Shown: positions 32,780-46,649, counted from the first letter of the stretch. The stretch is 64,000 nt of DNA from Selaginella moellendorffii (GCF_000143415.4 NW_003314278.1:760371-824370), one strand, 5' to 3'. Notes: generated from the letters alone by a model not told the origin. A program made the numbers and translations.

Positions 32780-35700
32780 ATGAAGAGTGGCGCCCAATCA
32801 GCTGCAGCTGCTGCGCCGACGACGAGCGCGACGAGCATGAGTTCCAGGCCTAGGTCAGCGTCTCTGTCGGCGCCGCGGAGAAGCAGCGCAGGGAAGAACG
32901 ATGGGGGAGGTGAGTGAGCCTTTTTCTTGTTTTGCAACCAGGATCCTTGTATGATATCGTTACATGTTTGCCGATCCAGCAAGAGTGAGAGTGGCAGTGA
33001 GGCTTCGGCCCAGGAACGCCGAGGAGCTTGTCGCGGATGCGGATTTTCCAGACGGCGTCGAGCTCCAGCCAGAGGTAAGAATTGAGATTTTACTGGCTCT
33101 GGCATTGCTAACGTGCATTCTCTGTCATGCACAGCTCAAGAGATTAAAGCTTCGCAAGAACAACTGGGATTCGGAGACATACCAATTCGATGAGGTCTTT
33201 CCGGACACAGCGTCTCAAAAAAGAGTGTATGAAGTTGTCGCCAAACCTGTTGTTGAGGTCTGTCCGAGCTTTCTACAAACGAGCTCTAAAGTAACATTTT
33301 CACTTCTTCGCAGAGTGTATTAGACGGGTACAATGGGACAGTGATGGCTTACGGGCAAACTGGCACGGGAAAAACTTACACTCTTGGCAAGCTAGGAGAG
33401 GAGGACTGTGCTGATAGGGGGATTATGGTCCGTGCGCTGGAAGATATCATGGCTGATACCAATCCAGAAAATGATACTGTTTATGTCTCCTATCTCCAGG
33501 TGAGGTTTTGGTTTTCAAGCTCTACGCAGAGTAATTGTTTTCGAGGGATGTTAACAGCTCTACATGGAGTCTATCCAAGATCTGCTTGCACCTGAGAGGG
33601 ACAACATTCCTATTGCTGAGGACCCTAAAACTGGAGACGTGTCTGTGCCCGGAGCCACACTGATTCAGCTGAAGGACTACAAAAGCTTTATTGGACTCTT
33701 ACAAACCGGAGAAGCCAATAGAGTTGCCGCAAACACCAAGCTTAACACAGAATCTTCGAGAAGTCACGCAGTTCTCCTCGTGAGTGTGTTACGTTGCTTC
33801 CATTCATTTCCATTCTCATTTCGTTTTTCGTTTTTCTTTTCTTGTTGGTGCACGTTCAGGTGTATATCAAAAAGCATGTGAAAGCCAAGGAAAGTTCGAA
33901 TGAGAACGGGTCGCGGAATAGCCGTGCACCAGTTATTCGGAGAAGCAAATTGCTTATAGTTGACTTGGCAGGATCAGAGCGTGTTGATAAATCTGGTAAG
34001 CGGACCTGTAACCAACTGCATCGAGATTGACATGTTGCCACAGGCAGCGAGGGGATCACCTTAGAAGAGGCGAAGTTCATTAATCTCTCTCTCACAGCTC
34101 TTGGTAAGTGCATTAACGCACTCGCTGAGAACAGCCCGCATGTTCCTACCAGGGATTCGAAGCTGACAAGGCTGCTAAGGGACTCCTTTGGAGGTAACAC
34201 TTCATACAAAGCTCATTTCCCATGTAAAACTTCAGCAACAAATCTTAGGTAGTGCAAGAACGTCTTTAATAACAACCATTGGACCATCACCTCGCCATCG
34301 CGGAGAAACTGCCAGTACCATCTTGTTCGGTCAACGGGTAAGTGTTTTGCATCAAGTTTCTCATCAAAGTTGATCACACGGTTTATAGGCTATGAAAGTC
34401 GAAAACATGCTGAAGCTGAAAGAAGAATTCGACTATAAAAGTTTGTGTCGTCGACTGGAAGCTGATTTGGACAAGCTTATTGTGGAGAACGAAAGACACG
34501 TGAAAGCTGTTGTTGATGCTGAAGAGGAGCTTCATGACAAGCTTAATCAAGCGAGATCTCGCGTTGCAGAGGCAGAGGGTAAGCTTGCATCAGCCTTGGG
34601 GGTAAGTCTCCTTTTTCGTTTTTTGTTTATCTTAACACGTTTGTTTTTTCTTTTTCTAGGAAATGTCTTTGGAACGATCAAGATACCAAAAGGATACTGA
34701 GGAACTACGCAGGCAAGCATTGCATCATGTTAATGACATAAAATCTTTGGAAAAAAAGCTGGAGGAGAATGCAGCAGGTTTAAACAGTCAAAAAGAGGTA
34801 TTAATATATTTCTGCTCTCTTACTCCTATCGAGATAACGTCCTCAGAGGGAGATACACGCCGAAAGGATCAAACACGAGGAGGAAATCACAAATTTGGCA
34901 GACAACTACAAACGTCAGAACCTCAATCTATCAGAACAGCTCCAAATAGAACGAACTCTAAGGCTGCAGCTTGAAGAGGAACTCTCAGCTCTTAGAAGTA
35001 GCTCAAAACAGGTAGATTCCTGCTTTGGAAGTCAGTCAGAAAGCTTATTTGTCTTGATGCAGGTGCCAGAGCAATGTGTTGCTGATCAGCTTACTGAGCT
35101 GAAGGAGCGACTTGATAAGGAACGCCTTACCCGTGAGAACTTGGAACTTGAGTTGAGGATGCTTCAGAACAAGGAAAACTACTCGACCGGTAGCACTGAA
35201 GCCATCAAGGTACAGTCCTCATTTGATTTCCTTTAGATTAGAGCTGGTGAAAAAACAAATTCATATGATGGTTTTGAAGGAAAAGCAGAATGAGGAAATT
35301 TTGAATCTCAAGAAAAAACTCGATGAAGAAAGCAAGCAGAGAAAGAAGCGGGAGGAGGAAATCAGGAACTTGAGATATCAACTAGCCCAAAGTAACGAAG
35401 ATGCTGAGGTATGAGGTCGGGTTATCATCTCAAATTGTTTTATGTTATTGCCAATGCAGATCAAGAGAATTGAGAAAGGAGGCTCTGGTAGGAGTTCATT
35501 CGGATCTGATAGTCCTTTGAACTTGCATAGGCCAAACATCCTAAGAGACACAATCAATGGTCAGCGAGCTACAATTGCAAAGCTTTTCGAACAAGGTAAG
35601 CTGATTCAATGCTGTTTTGAACATTTTTAACCATGCAGCATTTAGTTGGCCTGCAAAAGATCCTGTCCTTGTTGGAGTCGGAAGATGCCGACGTTAGAGT

Positions 35701-36711
35701 GCACGCTGTAAAGGTCGTTGCAAATCTTGCTGCCGAAGGTAACTAGCATTATGAAATATTTGCAATGGTATGATAACCAGTACATAGTGCTTTGGTTGCA
35801 GAAGCAAACCAGGAGAAAATCGTGGAAGCTGGAGGCCTCAAGTCATTGTTGGTGCTGCTAGGCAACTCCGAGGACGAAACTATCAGGCGCGTAGCTGCTG
35901 GTGCTATTGCCAATTTGGCTATGAATGGTAAGCATTTCCTGTACGTATTGCATCAATAACATGGCTCTTTAAACGGCAGAAAAAAATCAAGAGCTTATAA
36001 TGGGACAAGGCGGTATCACGCTTCTAGCGACAACAGCGAACGAAGCCGAGGATCCTCAAACTCTAAGGATGGTTGCTGGCGCCATTGCGAATTTATGCGG
36101 CAATGGTATGCGCTTAATTCTTTTGAAATCAGCTGTCATCATGTCTGTCCCCCTTTGCAGAAACGTTACAAGTGAAGCTGCGAGATGAAGGTGGTATTAA
36201 GGCCCTTCTCGGGATGGTGAGAACAAGGCATCCAGACGTTTTGGCCCAGGTTGCTAGAGGGATAGCCAACTTTGCAAAATGCGAATCTCGTGCCGTTTCT
36301 CAGAGCGGTAAGAATTTTACTTTCCAGTTTGTAGCCTTGCTCAGCCGACAAATGCAGGTCATCGGGTGGGGAGGTCGCTGCTAATTGAAGATGGAGCGCT
36401 TCCCTGGATAGTTGCGAATGCCAATAACGAGTCGTCTCCTATTCGTAGACACATCGAGCTCGCGCTTTGTCATCTGGCACAGCATGGTAAGTTTCTTTGT
36501 TCCTTTTCTAGCGGCGGATCTCTCACCAGAGGCTCGACCTCCCAATGCAGAAGTGAATGCCAGGGACTTGGCTACTGGCGGAGCACTGTGGGAGCTTGTT
36601 CGGATCTCCAGGGAGTGCTCGCGAGAGGACATAAGAAATCTCGCGCAGAAAACATTGAACGCCAGTTCCGTGTTCCAGGCAGAGCTCCGGAGGTTGCACG
36701 TTTCTTACTGA
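32780..36711 (+). CDS. ARK: Armadillo repeat-containing kinesin (multi-exon)
   Basis: [30 protein letters not shown], coiled coil, ARM repeats ([22 protein letters not shown]). Confidence 0.95.
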
Positions 36712-37324
36712 GCGGTCGCTCTCGGGTTTGAAGAAAGAAAAAAAAACGAAAAAACCCAGAAACTTACATGAATGTGCTCAAATCAAAGTTTTGGCCGTAA
36801 ATTTTTTACTGAGATTCTTCTTAAAACGTTGAAAGACCATGGCTGGAAACTTGGACAAATTCTAAGGCAGCAAGCAGTGGCTGATCGTTTCAACCCGGAC
36901 CACACACGAAGTTATGGCTGAATTCTCGCAAATTTCCCAGTGACGTGGCAGTATGTTCGAATATGCGCCTAGGTGCTGGTATATATACCCTACATTTTTT
37001 CCTTTACAGGGCTATGGCAGCTCGTTCTTGAGTGGGAAAAGGAAGACGAGGGCGCGACGATCGATCGTGTGCGCATTTTGAGCGGAAGAAAGCGCTGCGG
37101 ATCTGCGATCTCGCAGCAGGCGACCTAGTCCAAAAAGGCGGCGCTGCCGCTACCGCTTGAGGATCTCCCCTTGGCTCGATTTCGATTGGAATCTGGTGAG
37201 CGTAGGTTTTGGTAGAATGCGCAATGCGGATTCTCTGAGATGTCCTCTGGAATCTTGGATCGCACGCGTGGTTTCATCGCTCTTCCCTAACTTTTTTTTT
37301 TGTTGCTCTAGTTCGAGCAGAGCG

Positions 37325-38427
37325 ATGTCGACGCCCAATGGACCGATCGCGAACTCGGGTTCTGCCAAAAGCCCGCTTAACAAGCGCATCCTCTCGTCGC
37401 TCTCCCGCCGCTCCGTCGCGGCGCATCCCTGGCACGATCTCGAAATCGGTAAAGCTTGCGTCTTTGTTGCTTCTTTCAAATGCAGGAAGGAATCGCTCAC
37501 ACACAATGTTTTTTCCTTAGGCCCCGGAGCACCTGCCGTCTTCAACTGTGTAAGTCGCTGCCCATTTTCCGCGATTGATCTTGAGCTTGATGGTGAGTGA
37601 GGCCTCGTGTGCAGGTTGTGGAGATCAGCAAAGGAGGCAAAGTGAAATACGAGCTGGACAAGAAGAGTGGTCTCATCAAGGTTTGATTGAGGAGAACAAA
37701 CATTTTGGATACTTCTTATTTTTAAACTGCGCAGGTTGACAGGGTGCTGTACTCGTCGGTCGTGTACCCCCACAACTATGGTTTCATTCCTCGTACTCTG
37801 TGCGAAGACAACGATCCATTGGACGTCTTGGTCCTGATGCAGGTAGTGTTCTTTTTGTAAGACGAAGTTACTACGGTGGGGGTTTCAGGAGCCTGTGTTG
37901 CCTGGATGCTTTCTGCGAGCGAGAGCGATTGGACTGATGCCGATGATTGATCAGGTAACAATCATCTTGCTCTTGTCTGAATGCATATGGAAGATTAATT
38001 GGTGGACCGCTCCAGGGCGAGAAGGACGATAAGATCATCGCCGTGTGCGCTGACGATCCCGAGTTCACACACTACCAAGACATCAAGGATCTCCCACCCC
38101 ACAGGCTGGCAGAGATCCGGAGGTTCTTCGAGGACTGTATCCTTTTGTGTGCCGGCTGTGTGAGCGTGTTGGAATTTTCTCTCTTTGTCTGCTTTCTTTA
38201 ACTGGAGGGAGTCAGACAAGAAGAACGAGAACAAGACCGTGGCGGTGAACGACTTCCTGCCAGCAGAAAACGCCGTGCAGGCGATCCAGCATTCCATGTG
38301 AGTGTGGGGACTTGAGTGGGATACACTCTCACTCGCTAGCGTAGAAAACACTAGACTAAAGCCGTGATTCTTTGCTTGTTTCAGGGATCTGTACGCGTCC
38401 TACATCGTGGAAAGTCTGCGTCAGTAG
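37325..38427 (+). CDS. PPA: Soluble inorganic pyrophosphatase (multi-exon)
   Basis: [49 protein letters not shown]. Confidence 0.95.
38137..38215 (+). other. U12-type (minor spliceosome) GT-AG intron in the PPase gene
   Basis: 5' splice site GTATCCTTT, branch site TTCTTTAAC 13 nt before the intron end; splicing restores FFEDYKKNE. Confidence 0.85.
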
Positions 38428-38979
38428 CGGTGCTGCGGTCCGGGTCGTGACGGGCATGATAGATATCGACGAAATTCTTACAATCTTTTCTGCTTAGTAT
38501 ACTCTCTGGTCTCCTTGTTTTTTTGTTTTGTGGTTCGTGATCCTCTTCGAGAGGCTCAAAACCAGCTAGTGAGTGTACATACGAACAAACTTGATGTTTT
38601 AGTGACAAGAAAAGTGCCCAAATCGAACTCGATCTTGAAAAAAAAAAGTGGTAGCAAAGACATTCTGACATTTTTTTATACTTAAACCTTTTTTTTCGCT
38701 GTGTGGCTCATGTCTCTTCTAGATAGACCAGAAAGAATACAAGCAAACTTGGATGTTATAATGAGTGACAAACAAGAAGCGAAAAGTTGAAGTGCCCAAC
38801 AAAAAGAACGATTCGATTATTGATTAACTTACTGCCTAGTGCCTAGATAGATGGATCATGAAAAAAAATGGTGGCTCTTTAAAGCCCCTGCGAAACAAAA
38901 AAATCTTCTTCAAGTAGGAAGGAGGCCAGCCAGCCGCGAAAGCGCTTAGCGTTGGTTACTCAGATCACAACAAGATCAA

Positions 38980-40425
38980 TCAGGAGGAGGCTGGCAGATC
39001 CTTGACCCAGGGGTCGAGCGGCTTGCCAATGGAGTAGACGATGAAGCCGATGTCGCGCAGCTCGTCGACGTTGACGATGTTGCGGCCGTCGAAGACGAAT
39101 GCGGGCTTCTGCATGGCGGCGTAGATCTTGCGGAAGTCGAGCTTGCGGAACTCGTCCCACTCGGTGAGGATGCAGATGCCGTGCGCGTCCTTGGTGGCCT
39201 CGTACGCGTCCCACACGACGCGCACGCTGTTGGAGGAGGCGGTGGGGCTCAGCGGCTGGAGGTGCTGCGGGTGATCCCAGTCGAACTTGTTCATGGCCAG
39301 GTCGCGGCGGATCTGCTCCTCCGACACCTGCGGGTCGTAGATGCTCAGCAGCGCCTTGTCGCCCAGCAGGCCGTTGCAGACGTCGATGGCGGGCGTCTCG
39401 CGCGTGTCGCCCGTGTCCTTCTTGAACGCGAAGCCCAGCACCGCGATCTTCTTGCCCGACACCGTGTTGAACATGGAGGAGACGACGCGCTTGACGAAGC
39501 GGTTCTTCTGGTAGTCGTTGATGTGCACCACCTGCTTCCAGTAGCTGGCCACCTCCGCCAGCCCGTTGCACTCGCAGATGTAGACGAGGTTGAGGATGTC
39601 CTTCTGGAAGCACGAGCCGCCGAAGCCGACGCTCGAGTTGAGGAAGCGCGGGCCGATCCGCGAGTCCTTGCCGATGGCGAACGCCACCTCGGACACGTCC
39701 GCGCCGGTCGCCTCGCACAGCGCGGACATGGCGTTGACGGAGGAGATGCGCTGCGCCAGGAAGGCGTTGGCGGCGAGCTTGGACAGCTCCGCGGACCACA
39801 GGTTGGTGGTGAGGATGCGGTCCTCGGGCACCCAGTGCGCGTAGACGGCCTTGAGCGACGCCACCGCGCGCTGGCCGTCGGGGGTCTCGCGGCCGCCGAT
39901 GAGCACGCGGTCGGGCTTGAACAGGTCGTCGATGGCGGTGCCCTCGGCCAGGAACTCGGGGTTGGACAGGATCTGGAAGTTGATGCCCTTGTTGTTGTGG
40001 GTGAGGATCTTCTCGATAGCCTCGGCGGTCTTGACGGGCACCGTCGACTTCTCCACCACGATCTTGTCAGATCTGGAGACGTCGGCGATCATGCGCGCGG
40101 CGCTCTCCCAGTAGGTGAGATCCGCGGCCTTGCCCGCGCCCAGCCCGCGCGTCTTGGTGGGCGTGTTCACGGACACGAACACGATGTCCGCCTCCGCGAC
40201 GTGCTTCTCCACGTCCGAGCTGAAGAAGAGATTCCTCCCGCGGCACGCCTTCACCACCTCGTCCAGCCCGGGCTCGAAGATTGGCAGGCTCTCGCTGTTC
40301 CACTGCGCAATCCGCTGCAGCGAGATGTCCACCACCGCCACCTCGATCTCGGGGCACTTGAGGGCAATCACCGCCATGGTCGGCCCGCCCACATACCCGG
40401 CGCCAATGCAGCAGATCTTCACCAT
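38980..40425 (-). CDS. UGD: UDP-glucose 6-dehydrogenase
   Basis: [44 protein letters not shown]; intronless CDS with very high GC3. Confidence 0.97.
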   Translation of the reverse strand: MVKICCIGAGYVGGPTMAVIALKCPEIEVAVVDISLQRIAQWNSESLPIFEPGLDEVVKACRGRNLFFSSDVEKHVAEADIVFVSVNTPTKTRGLGAGKAADLTYWESAARMIADVSRSDKIVVEKSTVPVKTAEAIEKILTHNNKGINFQILSNPEFLAEGTAIDDLFKPDRVLIGGRETPDGQRAVASLKAVYAHWVPEDRILTTNLWSAELSKLAANAFLAQRISSVNAMSALCEATGADVSEVAFAIGKDSRIGPRFLNSSVGFGGSCFQKDILNLVYICECNGLAEVASYWKQVVHINDYQKNRFVKRVVSSMFNTVSGKKIAVLGFAFKKDTGDTRETPAIDVCNGLLGDKALLSIYDPQVSEEQIRRDLAMNKFDWDHPQHLQPLSPTASSNSVRVVWDAYEATKDAHGICILTEWDEFRKLDFRKIYAAMQKPAFVFDGRNIVNVDELRDIGFIVYSIGKPLDPWVKDLPASS

Positions 40426-40753
40426 CCTGGCGGCCTGGCGTAGATCGGCTGAGATTCCACACACGCACACGCACAGATCTACCAGATCTACCGCACCAAC
40501 ACACTCACGCTCGAGGGCTGTGCCTTGGCGATGTGGAGACGACCGCGTCCTCCTCCTCTATCCCAGCTCGTGCCCGCGACCAGAAAGACGCGCAAAGAAA
40601 GAGAGCATGGAAATATATTAGGTCCTCCTACACAAAACAGAGCTGCCGTTTTGGAGATCCACCGACACGTGCCGGCTAGGGCAGACGTGGGTAGATCGTG
40701 ATTTCGTGACCTGGTTTTCCTTGGCCAGCCAGCAACATCGTCGTCATTCGTAA

Positions 40754-41575
40754 TTACTGGCTTGGACCCCTCCCGCTCGATACTTTGTCTGGGAAGAACA
40801 CAAAAAATCGGAAAGAAAGAGAGTGAGTGTTGATTTGAAGAACATTCGATGCCGAAAGCAATCGTTCTTACCGCACTGGATCTGTGCGTCGCATTGAGCG
40901 TTCGCGATTTCCACCAGTGTCCGCAATGCTGGAGGAAAAAAGAAAAAAAAAAAAAGCGATCGCGATTACTCACTCTATCTAGTGTTGTGCACGAACCTTT
41001 CTGGAAGGATTGCTGTGAAGCTCGCAAGTGAGGCGAGACGAGGCTGCCAAACCAGCACAGGGGATCCACTCTCTTGCTGTCCATCATCTGCGAATGTAAC
41101 GACGATCACCACAACATCGCAAGGCGAAACAATCTTCTCGTACCACCACTTCATCGTCACTCGAGTCTTCTTCTTCTTCTTCTGGATGCGAGAGAATGGC
41201 ACAGTTAAGAGACGAGGAAAGAAGCTACTTACCTTGCGCAGAGCCGCTTGGCTTGATCTCCAGCTCGCCTTCTGTGAAGAAATCGCCCTAGCTTTGATTT
41301 CGATCCAGCGCAAAGCAGAGCTTACCGCTAACGCACACAAGCGAGCGGTGCGCTCTCATGCTGAAGAGCGACTCGTTGATCCTGGAATGCCCCATGGAGT
41401 AGCGAGCACGCGCCATCTCCATCCACCCCTGGAAGAAAATGCGATGTAAAAAGAGCTGCTAGACGATGTAGCACTCACTTGCCTGCTGGAGTTGCGTGTT
41501 GAGCACATCGCGAAGCCTGAGGATCGCATCCGCGGAATCCAAGCACGCAATCACCGTCGCGTCCTCGTCATTCAT
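40754..41575 (-). CDS. V-ATPase assembly factor Vma22/CCDC115-like (multi-exon; first intron GC-AG)
   Basis: Spliced translation MNDEDA...LQQ|GWMEMARARYSMG...DPLCWFGSLVSPHLRASQQSFQK|ALRTLVEIAN. Confidence 0.78.
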
Positions 41576-41629
41576 GCTCCCCAGAATCTAGGGTTCTTCG
41601 GCATTTTTAGGGTTTATCAGTGTCGAGCA

Positions 41630-44302
41630 ATGCCGCGCAAGGGGAGCCGGCAGAGCTACTACGACGACAGCTATGATGACTACTACGATGACTACGAGGA
41701 GGAAGATTACGCCGACAGCAGCTCAGCCTCAGCTCCGGGTAAGAGATTCATCGACGAGCGCGGGATTTATCTCCGGATCTCTTCCAGGAACAGCGCCGCA
41801 GCAACCAATCTGGGCTTGCCCCATCTGTACATACGATAATCTGGAGGAACATCAGTCGTGTGAGATGTGTGGAGTGGTGCGAGACTCTCCAGCTCCAATT
41901 CACGCTTCCGGTAAATCACTCTAAAACTTGCTGAGCAAAACGATCGTAGTAGCCCGATTGAATCCATCAATGCAGTTAGAAGTGCGCGTCCAAGGGCTGA
42001 GCCTTCGCAGCTTGCAACGTCCTTGTTTGCTCCTCTCCCTCCTCTGGCACTCAAGAAAGGCATAACATCCGAGAGCATTAAGCAAACTTTCCAGTCACGC
42101 AGTGACGGAGACCTTGTGTCCTCCTCTAGCTCCTCCCCGATAGGTCAGTCAGCCTCACTTTCGATAGAGTCAGCTCTGGTGCTTGGTAGCTCTGCCTTGT
42201 TTGAGCTTGATTAGTTGCTGAAAACTTATTTGGGCTGAAGTGGCCCTTGCACAGTGCCCTTCAAGTTTGACGGACCTTCTCCAGATGATGCAATACTCGG
42301 AGCAGTACAAGGAAGCAAAAAGCCCGTGCAAGGTGAAAAGCTTTTATTTTTTCTCTCTCCATCTTATGTGACTGACTCTCTTTCTTTGCTTCCAGCTAAC
42401 AGCCATGCAAGAGCAAAGTCCAAAGCAGCAGCGCCTACTTCGGATTCACCTGGAAACCAGAGCAAGCTGAGCGACAAGGAGCACGGCGTATCCGAAAAGC
42501 TGAAAAAGAGCCTGGTCCTTGACGGTGATAGCGAAGACGTCAAAGAAAGCTCAAAGCAACGGTTGCAGTCTACGAGTAACAAGGGGTTGCCGCTGGAAAG
42601 CTACAAGCCCGAGCCATGGATGATGCACCTAGGATCAAAAACTGCGGAGAAGAGCTTGTTAAACCTTGTAGTGGTAAGCTTTAAGTAGTTCCTCATGGTC
42701 TTGATTTATCAACGAGTAACATGCAGGTTGGACATGTTGATGCTGGCAAGTCCACATTGATGGGAAGAATCCTGTATAGCCTGGGACGAGTTTCTCACAA
42801 GGAAATGCACAAGAACACAAAGGAGGCTAACGAGATGGTTTGTATCATTTTTATTTTTGAGTCTTTTATGTCATGACGTGTTCACTTCACAGGGAAAAGG
42901 TTCTTTTGCGTACGCTTGGGCGCTTGACGAGGGCGTTGAGGAGAGGGCACGGGGTGTTACTATAACGGTTGCCGTGGCTCACTTTGAGACAGCTAAACTA
43001 CGTGTCGTACTGTTGGACGCCCCCGGTCACAAGGACTTCGTGCCTAACATGATTTCTGGAGCTTCGCAAGCTGATGCTGCTGTTCTTGTTGTTGACGCCG
43101 CGGAAGGTGGCTTTGAAGCTGGAATGGGAGCAGAAGGCCGCGAGAGTGGCCAGACAAGAGAGCATGCTCAATTAGTTCGGAGCCTTGGAGTAAGCCAGCT
43201 TGTTGTAGCTGTGAACAAGATGGATGAGGTGCAGTATTCGCAAGAGAGGTTTGAAGAGATCAAGCGCATCCTTACTCCGTTTTTACGACATTGTGGATTT
43301 CGGGACTCGAGCGTGTCCTACGTTCCTGTCAGTGCAATCGCTGGAGAGAACCTGGTCTCAACTCCGAGTGATGAATTGTTTCGAGCGTGGTAAGCATTTC
43401 TTAGTTTCATGATTTGGAATCATCTTTAACTGGTTTGCCATGGACCAGGTACACAGGCAAAGACGGCACGCTCCTTGACGCTCTAAACAGGCTTGAGCCT
43501 CCGGAGAGAGACATCGCCAAGCCTTTCAGACTGGCTGTAGCTGAAGTCGTAAGATCACGTTCCCTTGGTTCTGCTGCTGCGGGTGGGAAAGTCGAGAGTG
43601 GAGCCATAAAAATTGGGAGCAAGGTATGTGTGTTGGCCTCCACTTTTTTATCATCACGTCATCTATTTGGTTTCTACGGTTTTGTTTGGTTGCAGGTAAT
43701 GGTAATGCCTTCAAGGGAGGTGGGGGTTGTCAAAAGTCTAGAGCAGGACGGGAAAGCTCTGCAAGCAGCAAGAGCCGGTGATGGCGTGGATATTGGTCTA
43801 CAGGGAGTTGATGCCGGTGTGATAGTCCCCGGGGGAGTTCTATGCCATCCCGATTACCCGGTCCCGATTGCCACGCGTTTCGAACTGAGAATCCTGACAC
43901 TGAAACTCGCGTTCCCGATGCTTCCCGGTGCCCAGGTTTGTTTCTATTTTGGTGTTTGGAATGTGACGCAGTATTCTTCAGGTGGTTGTGCATGCACATC
44001 ATGCAAAGGAGCCAGGTACTGTCACGAATCTGACGGCTTTGATCGATGCAAAAACTGGCCAAGCCGTCAAGCGGTCCCCACGTTGCTTGACGTCTAACCA
44101 AAGCGCGTTGGTCGAGGTATATCTCCTTTTAGTCTCGATGGCTTCAGCAAGTTTGACTTTGTATCGCGTTCAGGTGGCACCGGAGCGGGGATTATGTGTT
44201 CAAGAGTATATAAAGTTTCGTGGCCTTGGACGAGTTGTTTTGCGGAGCGAAGGGCGGACACTGGCGGTGGGAATCATCACGCGGATCATCTCCTATCAAT
44301 AG
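41630..44302 (+). CDS. HBS1: HBS1-like translational GTPase with RanBP2-type zinc finger
   Basis: WACPICTYDN..CEMC, PFKFDGPSPDD, GHVDAGKST, WALDE..EERARGVT, DAPGHKDF, VNKMD, LGRVVLR. Confidence 0.93.
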
Positions 44303-44387
44303 CCGTGATTGGCAATTTTGGTAGCAAGTAAGCGTGTTTCTGGGAGGCTCCGATTCTGATTTAAGCCGCCTCCTTTTTGCAGCAGGC

Positions 44388-44981
44388 ATGGCTCATCACC
44401 ACCACCACCACCACCAGCAGGAGCAGGACGCAGCCTATGGCAACGATGTAAATTCTCCTTATCAAGCGGCTTATGGGAATCCTGCTTACCAGCCGTCGCC
44501 TTACGAGCAGTCCTCATATCAGCAGTCGTCTTACGAGCAGTCCCCTTACGCGAATCCTCCACCTGCGGCTTACGGCCACCAGTTTCCTCAATCCAGCTAC
44601 GAGGAACGGCAGCGTGAGCAGCAGCTAGAGGAGCAGCGAGCTTTTGGGACTTATGAGCAAGAGGTGAAGGCTGACAGGAAACGTGAACACTATGGAGAGG
44701 CCGCAGCTCTTGCAGCTGGTGCCTTTGCAATGGTAAGCTGCAGTGAAGGATTTCATGTATTTTTTTCTTAACGTCTTGGTGTTGGGGGGCAGTATGAAGC
44801 ACACGAGGTGAAGGCGGATCCAGAGCACGCTCGCACTCACAAAATCGAAGAGGAAATTGCTGGGGTTGCGGCTCTCGGATCTGGAGGCTATGCCCTCTAT
44901 GAGCACCACGCCGTAAAGACGACCGAACGCCGTGAGGACGAAGTTGAAGGGAAGAAGCACCATCACCATCACCTGTTTTAA
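44388..44981 (+). CDS. ASR: ABA/WDS (ASR) stress-ripening protein (2 exons)
   Basis: His-rich termini and GEAAALAAGAFAM|YEAHEVKADPEHARTHKIEEEIA...GGYALYEHH. Confidence 0.9.
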
Positions 44982-45091
44982 AGCATCTATCTCTACCTGT
45001 TTGTAGCGTTTTTCCGTGCCGGGAACAAGCGAGGTACCTTTTCTACCAAAAAATGTTTATTCACAGCTACTCAATAAAATGTGTGGCAAAG

Positions 45092-46528
45092 TTACTGGTG
45101 GCCTTGGGCCTCTTCCACAGTGCTTACAAGCGTAAGTTGTGAGACCGCAGATCCATTGCTAATCTTTTCTGAAGCAGCAACACCCGATCCATTGCTAATC
45201 TTGTCAGAAGCAGCAACAGTTGCTGCGGTGGAGGCGACGGCCACGGCATGGTTGGTTGCTGCACTCCCTACGTCAAATAGTTGCTTCCTCAGAACATTGT
45301 GGAGCTTGCCAAACAATTGCTTCTTCAGAGCGTCAAACGCGAGCTCCAGTCGTTCAAGCTGTAGAAACAAGGGATCAATGACGAAGTTGCGTGATTTTCA
45401 GCCATATTACCTCTTCAGTGGCATTGATATTGTACATGAACAAGCCATAGTACAGGTCAAAACTGTCGCCTTGAGTGTTTTGGACCTGAGGTGAGAGCAC
45501 GCCTGATGAGAAAAGATTGGGGGAGGCATTGCAATCTTACCAAGTCAAGAAGTGTTTCGTATCCTTTGGTGTTAATCGGAGTCGACTCCAGCTCCAGCTT
45601 TCCCAGCATCCTGGAAAGAGAGTGAGCGAATTTGCAAAAGTGGCAGAGTCTGCAACAAACCTTCCAACAGTGTGAGTTATAAACTGGCTGCTCGCAGCGA
45701 AGCGGTCGTGCTCTGCACACGACATCTCTACCATTCGGCAGCCCTGTGGCACAAGGAAAAGTTCAGGAAAAAGGAAGCAGTCGTACGAGGTGACGTTACC
45801 TCTCGCTCGAAAATCTCAAGAAACCTCTGGCAGCGTTCGTCCCTCACGCCACTTCCAACCCGCACTTTATCGTAAACAAGTGGCAAAGAATTCCAGCTCC
45901 CCCGGCCACTCTCGGGCCCGAACATGGGATGCGTGCACAAAATGTCAAACTCGGCTGGCAAGACCTGTGCGGAGCAAGCATCTCGAGCTTAGAAACCAAT
46001 GCGCGGGCCATGAACAGTATAGAGATTACCTGCTGGAATAATGTCTTTGGGAACTCCTTGACGGAAAGAACATCCACGAACAAGGTGCTCCTCTTGAGGC
46101 GCTGAAGCGGCAGAGATCGCAAGACGGCTTCAGTCGAGAGGATGGAGGTGGACAACAACACAACGTCGGGATGCTCCTCGCAAAAGTCATCCACGTCCCT
46201 GCGAGCAAGAGCGAAGAATGCGATGGAATCGCCAGATACATGCAAGAAGGGAAAATTCCATACCTGAAGAACGAAACTCCCATTTCGTCACACAAGCTCG
46301 AGTAATCCGAGCGAGAATGCGCTAGCACAGCGTGGCCCTGCTTGACGATCCGCTGCGCCAGGAACTGTCCAAAGTTTCCAAAGCCCACAATCCCGACCTT
46401 GAGCTTGCTCTCCTTGTGCATCTGCTCCATCCTCCTAGACTCATAATCAAATGGCTGCGCAGCATCCAGCGCCACCACACTCAGCCTCGACTTGGAACGG
46501 CGCAGCGGCAGCCTCACGCGCCCACTCG

Positions 46529-46559
<31 letters not shown>

Positions 46560-46649
46560 ACTGCTGCCCCGCGATCCAAGCAGCGCTCTAGCGTCGCCGC
46601 CCTGGGCATCCCGCAAAACCCTAGCTCCTTGCAACCGGACAGCCTCCAT
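45092..46649 (-). CDS. TYRA: Arogenate dehydrogenase (TyrA family), plastid
   Basis: GIVGFGNFGQFLA, DVLSVKEFP, HPMFGPESG, EHDRFAASSQFITH, STPINTKGYE. Confidence 0.93.

Noticed and set aside
38960-40621. Long alternative-frame and antisense ORFs over UGD (420 aa, 279 aa)
   Set aside because: Expected shadow ORFs from extreme GC3 codon bias; the same applies to those over the PLA1, PPR and F-box genes
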